DNA of 41,087 bases from Steroidobacteraceae bacterium (GTDB lineage: Bacteria > Pseudomonadota > Gammaproteobacteria > Steroidobacterales > Steroidobacteraceae): assembly GCA_036561485.1 (NCBI GenBank), contig DATBPG010000033.1, positions 1 to 41,087 of the forward strand, written 5' to 3'. Positions 33,229-41,087 of this stretch are shown one piece after another. The position numbers and the translations under genes were made by a program. The notes below the pieces were generated by a model that saw nothing but the letters and a program-made list of their open reading frames with translations, searched no databases and was not told where the DNA came from. Position 1 is the first letter of the stretch, and every line of letters starts with the position of its first letter.

Positions 33229-34089
33229 ATGCCGAGCTCACCGCAGGGGTCGATGCCGACGCTGGTCACGGCCGCCTGGCTCAGCGGCGAGCTCGGTGCG
33301 GAAGATCTGCGCGTCTACGATGCCAGCTGGTACCTGCCCGCGGAGGGCCGCGATGCGCAGGCGCTGTATCGCGAAGCGCATATCGCCGGTGCGCTGTTCT
33401 TCGATATCGACACCATCGCCGATGCAGACTCGACGCTGCCCCACATGGTGCCCGGTACCGCGCGCTTCGAACGGCTGGTGGGCGCGCTCGGAATCGGCAA
33501 TGACACCCGTGTGGTGTTCTACGACCAGAAGGGCGTGTATTCCGCTCCGCGCGCCTGGTGGCTGATGCAGCTCTTCGGTCACGCCAGCTGCGCGGTACTG
33601 GACGGCGGACTGCCGGCCTGGCGCCGGGCCGGCGGTGCCTGCGAGAGCGGCGAGCGCACCGCGCCGGCTCCCGGCCGGTTTCACGCCCAGCTGCACCTGC
33701 GTCTGCTGCGCGGCCTGGGCGACATGCGCGCGAATCTGCAGACTCGCGAGGAGCTGGTGCTCGACGCCCGCTCGAGCGAGCGCTTTTACGCGCGCGTACC
33801 CGAGCCGCGAGCCGGCCTGCGCGGTGGGCATATCCCCGGCAGCCGCAGCCTGCCGTTTGCGGAGCTGCTGACCGCTGAGCAGACCCTCAAGCCCCCCGAG
33901 CAGCTGCGCGAGCGCTTCGCGCGCAGCGGGGTACAGGCGCATAGCCGTGTCGTCACCAGCTGCGGCTCCGGTCTGTCCGCGGCGGTGCTGAACCTCGCGC
34001 TGCAGGTGGCCGGCTATCCACCTGCAGCGCTCTATGACGGCTCCTGGAGCGAGTGGGGCGCGCGCGCCGACACACCCGTGGAGCGCTGA
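33229..34089 (+). CDS. sseA: 3-mercaptopyruvate sulfurtransferase (tandem rhodanese)
   Basis: Two rhodanese domains with the active-site loop TSCGSGLSAAV (CGSGVTA-type). An alternative start is the ATG at 33253 (MPTLVTAAWL). Confidence 0.85.
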   Translation: MPSSPQGSMPTLVTAAWLSGELGAEDLRVYDASWYLPAEGRDAQALYREAHIAGALFFDIDTIADADSTLPHMVPGTARFERLVGALGIGNDTRVVFYDQKGVYSAPRAWWLMQLFGHASCAVLDGGLPAWRRAGGACESGERTAPAPGRFHAQLHLRLLRGLGDMRANLQTREELVLDARSSERFYARVPEPRAGLRGGHIPGSRSLPFAELLTAEQTLKPPEQLRERFARSGVQAHSRVVTSCGSGLSAAVLNLALQVAGYPPAALYDGSWSEWGARADTPVER

Positions 34090-34234
34090 TCGGTCGGTAC
34101 CGGGGGCTGGATCGCTGTCATTCCTACAGCCCTTTAGGCCGCGTCGCGCTGCCCGCCCAGCGGCGCAGTTTCATACTGACGCTGCGGCCTGCGCCGCGAG
34201 CGAGCGCAATCAGTAAAACCATCAAGGAAGTGCC

Positions 34235-34387
34235 ATGAGAGTGCTGCTCATTATCGTGCTGCTCATCCTGCTGATCGGTGCCTTTCCGATGTGGCCATAC
34301 AGCAACGCGTGGGGTTATTACCCGAGCGGTGGGCTGGGTCTGCTGCTGATCATCGTGCTGGTCCTGGTGTTCGCACGGGTACTTTGA
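34235..34387 (+). CDS. DUF3309-family small membrane protein (50 aa, below the track cutoff)
   Basis: The ATG at 34235 is preceded by AAGGAAG. The translation is MRVLLIIVLLILLIGAFPMWPYSNAWGYYPSGGLGLLLIIVLVLVFARVL. The P.WPYS..WGY.PSGGLG core flanked by two hydrophobic helices is the DUF3309 pattern (call from memory). Confidence 0.7.
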   Translation: MRVLLIIVLLILLIGAFPMWPYSNAWGYYPSGGLGLLLIIVLVLVFARVL

Positions 34388-34410
34388 GCTGTTTAAGGAG
34401 ATTGTCGGCG

Positions 34411-34432
34411 GATCGGCGCTGGATCGGTGCTG
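34411..34432 (+). repeat. Tandem 11-mers GATCGGCGCTG GATCGGTGCTG in the non-coding spacer upstream of the DUF2127 gene
   Basis: Read directly. The one-helical-turn periodicity is typical of direct-repeat sites for winged-helix response regulators. The function is inference. Confidence 0.3.
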
Positions 34433-34533
34433 ATGCCGGCGCGATTGCCGCAAGTACAGCTGTGGAGCGTGCTGCAGACGGCGGCGTGGGATGGGTCATG
34501 GCAGATCGACGGAGTATCGCTTAAGGTTGTCGA

Positions 34534-35076
34534 ATGTCTCCCCGCGCTCTCGCAACGGTCGAAACGCCGCCGCCGCGGTCCGCCAGCCGTCCGGTCGGGC
34601 GCCGGCGCACGCTGGACGGACTGCGCATCATCGCGCTGTTCAAGTTCGTCAAGGCAGCGCTGCTGATCGCCACCGGCTACGGCGTGCATCTGCTGCTCAG
34701 AGAGGATCTGCTGCAGCGACTGTGGCTCTGGAGCGCGACGCTGACCGATCATTTCTCGCAGCGGCTGCTGCTGCATGCGCTCGGTTGGGTCGCGAATCTC
34801 GGCGCCGGGCGCATCCATGTGGTGGTCGGGGTAACGCTGGGCTATACCGCGGTGGTGCTCGCCGAGGGCATCGGTCTGTGGATGCGGCGTGCGTGGGCCG
34901 AGTGGTTCACGGTGCTGGCCACCGCCTCGCTGATCCCTTTCGAGCTCTGGGAGCTGATCGTGCGGCCCCCTGATCGCAAGCTCGCCGTGCTGGTGACCGT
35001 GCTGCTCAATGGCGCGGTCGTCTGGTATCTCGCACGGCTGCTGCGCCGGACCCTGCCACACCGGCACCCCGCTTGA
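34534..35076 (+). CDS. DUF2127-family membrane protein
   Basis: Contains LRIIALFKFVKAALLIATGYGVHLL and later TM helices. The RBS is TAAGG 8 nt upstream. The family call is from memory. Confidence 0.7.
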   Translation: MSPRALATVETPPPRSASRPVGRRRTLDGLRIIALFKFVKAALLIATGYGVHLLLREDLLQRLWLWSATLTDHFSQRLLLHALGWVANLGAGRIHVVVGVTLGYTAVVLAEGIGLWMRRAWAEWFTVLATASLIPFELWELIVRPPDRKLAVLVTVLLNGAVVWYLARLLRRTLPHRHPA

Positions 35077-35429
35077 TCTGGTCGATCATCGGCTGCCTGC
35101 TGCTACTGGCAGCAATCGTGCTGATCGCACGCATGCCGGGCCTCGTCCTCGGGCCCTATTCCACGCGCCTGCTCGGCATCGGTGTCGTCTGCGCCGGCTA
35201 CTACGGGGCACTGCACTGGGCCCGCACGGGACGGGGTGCCGCACACGCTCTGCGCTGGTATCCCCTGCGTTACGTCATCCCGGTCGTGGCTGCGCTCGGG
35301 GCGCTGTACTGTCTCTGGCGCGTCGTGCAGAGCTGGCGCACCGAGGTGCACGGGCTGGTACGTACGCTGCTGATTCTGGCGCTGCTGCTGCTGCTGGGCG
35401 CGCTGGCCTGGATCGCTCTGCGACGCTAG
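35073..35429 (+). CDS. Hypothetical 4-TM membrane protein
   Basis: The TTG start forms a TTGA overlap with the DUF2127 stop. It has four hydrophobic helices and high G/C third-position bias. No family was recognised. Confidence 0.55.
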   Translation: MIWSIIGCLLLLAAIVLIARMPGLVLGPYSTRLLGIGVVCAGYYGALHWARTGRGAAHALRWYPLRYVIPVVAALGALYCLWRVVQSWRTEVHGLVRTLLILALLLLLGALAWIALRR

Positions 35430-35541
35430 CCGACCCCCGGCCCGCCGTGCCGATGGCGCAGCGCAGTAAGAGCGCGACCACAGCCACGTGCGGCATGCAG
35501 GCGCTGGCGGTGCGCGCGCCTGCGTAGCAGCATGCGGGCCC

Positions 35542-36084
35542 ATGAGCGAATCGCTGGTCGCGCTGATGCGCTCCCTGACCCTGGGGGTCTACGTCATCGG
35601 CGTGTGCGATGGCGACAAACCCAATGCCTTCACCGCCTGCTCGGTCATGCCGGTGTCCTTCGAGCCGGTGCTGCTGGCGGTCGCGATCGGTCGCGATCAT
35701 GCCTCCCTGCCGATGCTGCGCGCCTCGGGGCACTTCACCGTCAACGTCCTGCAGCGTGAGCAGCTGGCGCTTGCCCGCCACTTCGGCCTGGGCAGCGGCC
35801 GGGACGAGGACAAGCTCGCGCACGTGTCCTGGCGGCCAGGCCCCGCGGGCGCGCCGTTGCTGGACGATGCGCTCGCCTGTCTGAGCTGCGAGGTGCACGG
35901 CACGCTGCGCGCCGGCGACCATGAGCTGTTCGTGGGCCGTGTCGTCAGTGGCACCCTGCAGGCAGCCGATGCTGCACCGATGATCTACGCGGATACCGGC
36001 AACATGGACGGCTCCGCCGATCTCTACGCACAGCGCCGCCTCGCCGAGTCCCCCCCATCGCATGAATCGCCTGAGCACCACTGA
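35542..36084 (+). CDS. Flavin reductase-like (FMN-binding split barrel) protein
   Basis: Trimmed to the ATG at 35542. Contains LTLGVYVIGV..GDKPNAFTACSVMPVSFEPVLLAVAIG and HELFVGRVV, typical of the flavin reductase domain. Confidence 0.8.
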   Translation: MSESLVALMRSLTLGVYVIGVCDGDKPNAFTACSVMPVSFEPVLLAVAIGRDHASLPMLRASGHFTVNVLQREQLALARHFGLGSGRDEDKLAHVSWRPGPAGAPLLDDALACLSCEVHGTLRAGDHELFVGRVVSGTLQAADAAPMIYADTGNMDGSADLYAQRRLAESPPSHESPEHH

Positions 36085-37075
36085 GTTCGTCGCACGCACC
36101 CTGATCGTCATCGGACTGCTCGCGCTCGGCGTATTGTGCTGGCGGGTCGCCGAAATATTCGTGCTGATCTTCGGCGGCATCGTGCTGGCGGTCGTGCTGC
36201 GCTCGATGATGCGCCTGTTCCTGCGCTTCACACCGCTGCGCGGGCGCTGGGCGCTGCTGGCCGCAATCCTGTTGCTGGTCGTCATTCTGGCGGTGATCGT
36301 GCTGCTGATCGGCTCGCGCGTGGCGATGCAGATGAGTCAACTGACCCAGGCACTGCCGCGCGCCTGGATGCACGCGCGCGCGAGCATCGAGCAGACCACT
36401 ACAGGCCGGCAGCTGCTGCAGAGCCTGCAATCCTCGCAGGCGAATCTGTCGAGCTGGCTGGGACATCTGCACGATCTGGCCACGATCACACTGGGGGCGC
36501 TGGTGCAGCTCGGCGTCATCGTCTTCAGCGGCCTGTACTTCGCGCTCGATCCGGATCTATATCGGCGCGGCCTGCTGCAGCTGCTGCCGATGACTGCCCG
36601 GCCGGCGGCTGAGCGCGCCATCAGCGCGGCGGTCGCCGGACTCGGACGCTGGCTGCAGGGCGTGCTGATCGCGATGGTGAGCATCGGTGTCGTCACGGGA
36701 CTGGGGTTGTGGGCGCTGGGTATTCCACTGGCGCTCGCGCTCGGCATTCTCGGCGGGGTGCTCGAGTTCATTCCCTACATCGGTCCCATCCTCTCTGCGG
36801 TGCCCGCGGTGCTGATCGCGTTCGCGGTCAGCCCAACGCGCGCACTGGAGGTCGTGGCGCTATATGTGGGCATTCACTTCATCGAGGGTGAGTTGCTGGT
36901 GCCGCTGATCCAGCGCTGGGCCGTGGCCTTGCCGCCGGCAGTCGCCATCATTGCCGTGGTGGTGTTCGGCTGGGTGTTCGGTCTGCCGGGCGTGATCTTC
37001 GCCACGCCGATGGCCGTCGTGATCCTCAAGCTGGTCGAAAATCTCTACGTGCGCACCGCGCTGAAGTCCAGCTAG
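36062..37075 (+). CDS. AI-2E family transporter (PerM/YhhT-like permease)
   Basis: Polytopic membrane protein with the family motif GGVLEFIPYIGPILSAVPAVLIAF. Overlaps the flavin reductase gene by 23 nt. Confidence 0.85.
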   Translation: MNRLSTTEFVARTLIVIGLLALGVLCWRVAEIFVLIFGGIVLAVVLRSMMRLFLRFTPLRGRWALLAAILLLVVILAVIVLLIGSRVAMQMSQLTQALPRAWMHARASIEQTTTGRQLLQSLQSSQANLSSWLGHLHDLATITLGALVQLGVIVFSGLYFALDPDLYRRGLLQLLPMTARPAAERAISAAVAGLGRWLQGVLIAMVSIGVVTGLGLWALGIPLALALGILGGVLEFIPYIGPILSAVPAVLIAFAVSPTRALEVVALYVGIHFIEGELLVPLIQRWAVALPPAVAIIAVVVFGWVFGLPGVIFATPMAVVILKLVENLYVRTALKSS

Positions 37076-37097
37076 CGCCGCAATTGTCGTCCCTCCG

Positions 37098-37129
37098 GGC
37101 GCGTGTGTATCCGTGCGCGCCTGTTTCTG
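37098..37129 (+). terminator. Weak terminator candidate after the AI-2E gene (6-bp GC stem ggcgcg / cgcgcc, 12-nt loop, followed by tgtttctg)
   Basis: Read directly in the 123-nt convergent spacer. Confidence 0.25.
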
Positions 37130-37198
37130 CGCGTCCCGACGCACGGTCGAGAACAACGTCTTCGTGGGCCTGCGCTGGGACTTCGCTCGACCGGCGCC

Positions 37199-38065
37199 CT
37201 AGCGCACCGGCGCCGCCAGCCACCAGGCCTCCAGTAGCGCATGCATGCGCCGCCAGAGCGGGCCGGGGCGGCCGTCGCCTACGGGCGCGCCATCCAGGCG
37301 CGTTACGGCGATGACCCCGCGCGTCGCGGCCGTCAGCCAGATCTCGGCGGCCGTGCGCAGATCGCGCTCGCTGATCGGCAGCGTGCGGCAGGCAATGCCG
37401 TGCGCCGCGGCGAGCTCGCCGATCAGTCCGCGCGTGGTGCCCGGCAGCAGGCGCGGCGACTCGGGCGGGCAGCGGATCTCGCCATCGACGACCACGCACA
37501 CGCTCGATGCGCTCGCTTCGGTGAGTTCACCATCGCGCAGCAGGATGGTTTCGCCGGCGCCGGCATCGATGGCCTGCTGTCGCAGCAGCACATTGGCCAG
37601 CAAGGCGACTGACTTGATATCGCAGCGCGCCCAGCGGATATCCGTCGCGGTGATGCAGCTGACGCCATCCTCGAGCACGGCGGCGCCCGGCAGCGGCAGC
37701 GGCGCGCAGAAGGCGAACACCAGCGGCCCAACCTGCGGCAGGGGCGCATGATTGCGACCGTATTCCGCACCGCGCGACACCTGCAGATACACGTAAACAT
37801 CCCCGCCACCGTTGGCGCTGATGAGCTCGTGCACCAGCGCGCTCCAGTGCGCTTCGGAATGCGGATTGGCGATCGAGAGTTCGGCGAGACTGCGCGACAG
37901 TCGCGCCAGATTGGCCGCGAGGCGGCGCGGATTGCCACGCCGCGCGGGAATGACCTCGTAGACACCGTCACCGAAGAGGAAACTGCGGTCGAGCGGGGAG
38001 ATGCGCGCTTCGCGCAGCGGCAGCAGCGCCCCGTCCAGATGACAGATCGGCAGCGGTTCGGCCAC
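37199..38065 (-). CDS. dat: D-amino acid (D-alanine) aminotransferase, class IV PLP enzyme
   Basis: Contains FGDGVYEVIPA and the catalytic lysine region RCDIKSVALLANVLLRQ. The GTG at 38065 gives 288 aa and a 20-nt gap after the dacC stop. The track start at 38134 would overlap dacC. Confidence 0.78.
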   Translation of the reverse strand: MAEPLPICHLDGALLPLREARISPLDRSFLFGDGVYEVIPARRGNPRRLAANLARLSRSLAELSIANPHSEAHWSALVHELISANGGGDVYVYLQVSRGAEYGRNHAPLPQVGPLVFAFCAPLPLPGAAVLEDGVSCITATDIRWARCDIKSVALLANVLLRQQAIDAGAGETILLRDGELTEASASSVCVVVDGEIRCPPESPRLLPGTTRGLIGELAAAHGIACRTLPISERDLRTAAEIWLTAATRGVIAVTRLDGAPVGDGRPGPLWRRMHALLEAWWLAAPVR

Positions 38066-38085
38066 GGATGTCCCGAGCGCTGGCG

Positions 38086-39282
38086 CTAGCGGTGATGCCA
38101 CCAGAGGCGCACGCCATCGCTGAAGCGGCTCCACAGCCCCCCCTGCGGCACCGCCTTGATCGGGTAGAGCGGCACGGACTGAATCGGGTGCCCGCCTACC
38201 ACGATCTGCAACTGCCCGACCTGTGTCGTCGTGGACAGCGGTGCCACCAGCCGCGGATTGACCAGAGCGCTGGTCTGGATGCTGCCGGCCTCATCGCGTG
38301 GAATGACGATGCTCACATCGCGCGCCGGCCCTACCGGGTAGTACTCCTCGCTGGCCTTGTATACGCGCGGGCGCAGCACCGTGGTGCCGGCGCGCTCCAC
38401 GCTGACGGTCTCGTAGAAGGTGAAGCCATAGTTGAGCAGCGCCGCGCTGGCATCCTCGCGCCCCTTGGTGCTCGGAGAGTTCAGCACCACGGCGATCAGA
38501 CGCATGTTGCCGCGCTTGGCCGAGGTCACCAGACAGTAGCCGGCGGCGTCGGTGTGACCGGTCTTCATGCCATCCACCGATGGATCGTGTCCGAGCAGGC
38601 CATTGCGGTTGTCCTGGCGGATGTTGTTCCAGAGGAACTCGCGCATCGAGAACCAGTGGTAGTACTCGGGATAATCGCGGATCAGCGCACTCGCCAGCAG
38701 GGCCAGATCGTGCGCCGTGGTGTAGTGAGTGGCAGAGGGCAGGCCGGTGCTGTCATCGAAATGGGTGCCGGTCATGCCCAGGCGCCTGGCATATTCATTC
38801 ATCAGCTGTACGAAGGCCGGCTCGGTGCCCCCGATGCGCTCAGCCAGCGCGATGGTTGCATCATTGCCCGATTGTACGATCATGCCCTCTACGAGCACTT
38901 CGGCGGGCACCTGCGAGCCCACCTTCAGAAAGGTGCGCGAGCCTTCGGCGCGCCAGGCGTGCTCGGAGATGGTGACCGGATCATTGAGCTTGAGCGTGCC
39001 ACTCTTGAGCGCGTGGAAGACCACGTAGCTGCTCATGAGTTTGGTAAGGCTGGCCGGCGCCATGCGCGCATCGGCATTGCGCGAGGCAAGGATCTGTCCG
39101 CTCGGAAAGTCCACCAGCAGGTACGCCCCCGCCTGAACGTCGGGTGCCGCCGGGATCGGCGTGGCCTCCTCCAGCGCACCGTTGGTGGCAGGCAGGGGAG
39201 CCGGTGTCACGGCGAGGGCCTGCAGGGCATAGAACGTGCCGAGCGCCGCCAGGACGGTGGTCAGGAATGCCGGGACTTTCAT
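38086..39282 (-). CDS. dacC: D-alanyl-D-alanine carboxypeptidase (PBP5/6 type, S11)
   Basis: Trimmed to the ATG at 39282 (MKVPAFLTTVLAALGTFYALQALA). Carries SxxK ASLTKLMS, SxN SGNDA and KTG KTGHT, plus a C-terminal PBP5 domain. Confidence 0.9.
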   Translation of the reverse strand: MKVPAFLTTVLAALGTFYALQALAVTPAPLPATNGALEEATPIPAAPDVQAGAYLLVDFPSGQILASRNADARMAPASLTKLMSSYVVFHALKSGTLKLNDPVTISEHAWRAEGSRTFLKVGSQVPAEVLVEGMIVQSGNDATIALAERIGGTEPAFVQLMNEYARRLGMTGTHFDDSTGLPSATHYTTAHDLALLASALIRDYPEYYHWFSMREFLWNNIRQDNRNGLLGHDPSVDGMKTGHTDAAGYCLVTSAKRGNMRLIAVVLNSPSTKGREDASAALLNYGFTFYETVSVERAGTTVLRPRVYKASEEYYPVGPARDVSIVIPRDEAGSIQTSALVNPRLVAPLSTTTQVGQLQIVVGGHPIQSVPLYPIKAVPQGGLWSRFSDGVRLWWHHR

Positions 39283-39346
39283 TGCGCTGCACAGACCTCG
39301 CAAAATGCACGCTGTAGGCGCGCGCCTGCAAGTGTAACGGCTCGCT

Positions 39347-40258
39347 TCAGTCTTGTGCGAGCCTTGCGCCCCCAAAACCGAGCCCTGCCAGCTGCGAGAT
39401 CAATGCGTCGTATTGCTGCACGGTGGCAACGGGGCCGATGCGCACGCGCATCAAACGATGATGTGCATCCGGCGCGAGCGTGAAGACATGCGGCAGTCCC
39501 GCGGCGCGCAGCCGCTCGGCGGCGTGCTGCGCACGATCGGCGGCGGCGAAGGCGCCGACCTGGATGAAGAAGCCGCCGCTCGGCGGCAGCGCCGCCATTT
39601 GCGCGCTCTCCAGCGGCGGCACGCGGCTCGGCCCGAGCGTGGCGGCCGCGACGGCGGGCGTACTGACCGGCAGCGGCACCGCGGGAGTGGCCGCAGGGGA
39701 AAGCGTCTCGACCTGCACGAAGGCGGTGCCATTGCGGATCATGCCGAGCTTGGCGGCTGCGGTATAGGAAAGGTCGATGATCCGATCGCCGACGAAGGGT
39801 CCGCGATCGTTGATGCGCACCACGACGCTGCGGCCATTGGCAAGATTGGTGACGCGCGCGTAACAGGGTAGCGGCAGCGTCTTGTGGGCGGCGGTCATGG
39901 CGAACATGTCATAGGGTTCGCCCGTCGCCGTGCGCAGTCCATGAAACTGCGGGCCGTACCAGGAAGCAATGCCACGCTCGACGTAACCCGTGGCACTGGG
40001 CAGCACGACGTAACGGTGTCCCGCGACCTGGTAGAAGGGCGGGTTGCCGAGCAGACTGCGCGGCTCGATGCGCGGAACGGCATCGGGGATCGCGGCGATA
40101 TCGGCCGGCGCTGCCGGCAGCGGCGTCGGGAGCGTTTCCGGCCGGGCCGGCCGCGTGCGATAGACGGGAGGTGCCACACAGCCGGCCAACAGCACTGTGG
40201 TCCCCAGCGCGGCCGCAGCGATCCAGGGAACAACGGAGCGCGATGATGCGCCCCGCAT
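39347..40258 (-). CDS. rlpA: Septal ring lytic transglycosylase RlpA (DPBB + SPOR lipoprotein)
   Basis: Lipobox LLAGC. DPBB core GIASWYGPQFHG..TA.GE.YDM..MTAAHKTLPLP...VTNL.NGRSVVVRINDRGPF. C-terminal SPOR domain (FFIQVGAFAAADRAQHAAERL). Confidence 0.9.
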   Translation of the reverse strand: MRGASSRSVVPWIAAAALGTTVLLAGCVAPPVYRTRPARPETLPTPLPAAPADIAAIPDAVPRIEPRSLLGNPPFYQVAGHRYVVLPSATGYVERGIASWYGPQFHGLRTATGEPYDMFAMTAAHKTLPLPCYARVTNLANGRSVVVRINDRGPFVGDRIIDLSYTAAAKLGMIRNGTAFVQVETLSPAATPAVPLPVSTPAVAAATLGPSRVPPLESAQMAALPPSGGFFIQVGAFAAADRAQHAAERLRAAGLPHVFTLAPDAHHRLMRVRIGPVATVQQYDALISQLAGLGFGGARLAQD

Positions 40259-40260
40259 GC

Positions 40261-41087
40261 TCAGAGCGCAGCGTCCAGCGCCACACGCTCGCGGATCGCC
40301 TTGGCCAGATCATAGACCGCCATGGCGTACGCGGGACTGGAGTTGTAGCGCGTGATCACGAAGAAATTGCGGAATCCGACGCGATAGCGCATGCCGTCGG
40401 GCTCGGGTGCGGCCAGCAGCAGCGCGGGTGTCGCGTCGGGCAGATCACTCTCGACGCCGAGTCCGTGAGCGCGCAGCGCACCGAGCGTTTCGGAGAGCTG
40501 CATGTGCTCGCTGGGCGTCAGGTTCGGATCGGTGCTGAAGTGCGTTTCGGCCAGCACCGGCTCTCCAGGCTGCCAGCCTGCCTGATGCAGGAAGTTCGCG
40601 GTGCTCGCAAAGATGTCGCCCCAGTTCTGCCACAGATCGCTGTGACCGCCGTGCCGCTCGCTGATCGCGAACTTGCGGTAGCTCGAGGGCATGAACTGCA
40701 GCGCGCCCATCGCGCCCGCATAGGAGCCGCGCACTGAAAAGAGATTCAGGTGCTCCTCGTGCGCCAACAGCAGAAAGTCGGTGAGCTCATGGCGGAAATA
40801 GTCCGCACGGGGCGGATAATCGAAGGCGAGCGTCGCCAGCGCGTCGATGACGCGGTAGTGACCGGTGATGCGGCCGTAGAGCGTCTCGACTCCCAGCACC
40901 GCCACGATGTACTCCGGTGGCACGCCGTACTCGATGGCGACCTGATCGAGCAGCTCCTTGTGCTCGCGCCACAACTGCGCACCGGCCGAGATGCGTGCCG
41001 GAGTCAGCATGCGGGACCGATATTCCCACCACTGCAGCGTCTTCTCGGCGGGGCGGTTCATCGCATCGACGATCTGCGGTTGCGGCT
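40261..41087 (-). CDS. mltB: Lytic murein transglycosylase B (5' end lies outside the window)
   Basis: The frame stays open to the right edge (PQPQIVDAMNRPAEK...), so the track ATG at 41061 is internal. Family-typical sequence VLGVETLYGRITG, GAMGALQFMPSS and RYNSSPAYAMAV. Confidence 0.85.
   Translation of the reverse strand, partial: PQPQIVDAMNRPAEKTLQWWEYRSRMLTPARISAGAQLWREHKELLDQVAIEYGVPPEYIVAVLGVETLYGRITGHYRVIDALATLAFDYPPRADYFRHELTDFLLLAHEEHLNLFSVRGSYAGAMGALQFMPSSYRKFAISERHGGHSDLWQNWGDIFASTANFLHQAGWQPGEPVLAETHFSTDPNLTPSEHMQLSETLGALRAHGLGVESDLPDATPALLLAAPEPDGMRYRVGFRNFFVITRYNSSPAYAMAVYDLAKAIRERVALDAAL

Noticed and set aside
34402-34524. A 40-codon TTG-initiated ORF right after the strong AAGGAG at 34395-34400
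   Set aside because: The spacing to the TTG is 1-2 nt. Third-position GC is about 50%, which is non-coding-like in this genome. The peptide has no membrane or signal features.
1-41087. A search for mobile elements, integrases, toxin-antitoxin pairs, restriction or other defence genes, and prophage remnants
   Set aside because: No ORF with supportable coding signal shows transposase, recombinase, nuclease/helicase defence-type or phage motifs. There are no terminal inverted repeats or tRNA-adjacent islands. The accessory-looking segments (27.9-37.2 kb) carry ordinary signalling, redox and membrane genes.

Overview
This 41 kb window comes from a very GC-rich (roughly 70%) chromosome. Gene content and order suggest a gammaproteobacterium, possibly Xanthomonadales/Nevskiales-like, but that placement is inference only. 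I can support about 40 protein-coding genes and found no rRNA, tRNA, CRISPR array, transposase, integrase or phage gene. The high GC content leaves long stop-free ORFs in every frame. I therefore called genes only where the translation carries recognisable family motifs, shows strong G/C third-position bias, and has sensible start context, often a 4-nt ATGA/GTGA/TTGA overlap with the upstream stop. Many track ORFs have spurious N-terminal extensions, which I trimmed.

Left to right:
- A 5'-truncated Kelch beta-propeller gene.
- A long minus-strand run: an S11 DD-peptidase, an orphan ABC export module (ATPase, fused ABC-2 permease/GldG-like protein, DUF4340-like protein), dipeptidyl carboxypeptidase Dcp, a YdcF/DUF218 protein, glutaminyl cyclase, and a kynurenine-to-quinolinate block (3-HAO, cyclase-family protein, kynureninase, KMO).
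- The classic lptD-surA-pdxA-rsmA-apaG-apaH operon, with an extra universal stress protein gene inserted.
- A divergent plus-strand chain, amgK-murU-lipA-lipB-beta carbonic anhydrase-cutA, in which every junction is a 4-nt overlap.
- A YfiR-like gene coupled to a hybrid histidine kinase, then a DUF6496-like basic protein.
- ybeD, followed by an RRM glycine-rich RNA-binding protein with a long leader.
- An aldo/keto reductase, sseA, small membrane proteins (DUF3309, DUF2127, a 4-TM protein), a flavin reductase and an AI-2E transporter.
- The minus-strand cell-wall block dat-dacC-rlpA-mltB.

The window is mostly housekeeping, and I see no clear-cut novel defence or mobile system. The most promising items for follow-up are:
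- the YfiR-like/hybrid-kinase pair, a YfiR module without a GGDEF output;
- the divergent cyclase-family gene inside the kynurenine cluster, a candidate for the missing formamidase step;
- the six-gene translationally coupled chain of unrelated functions;
- the orphan GldG/DUF4340 ABC module;
- the structured, U-rich leader of the RRM protein gene;
- the small-membrane-protein locus with tandem 11-mers.
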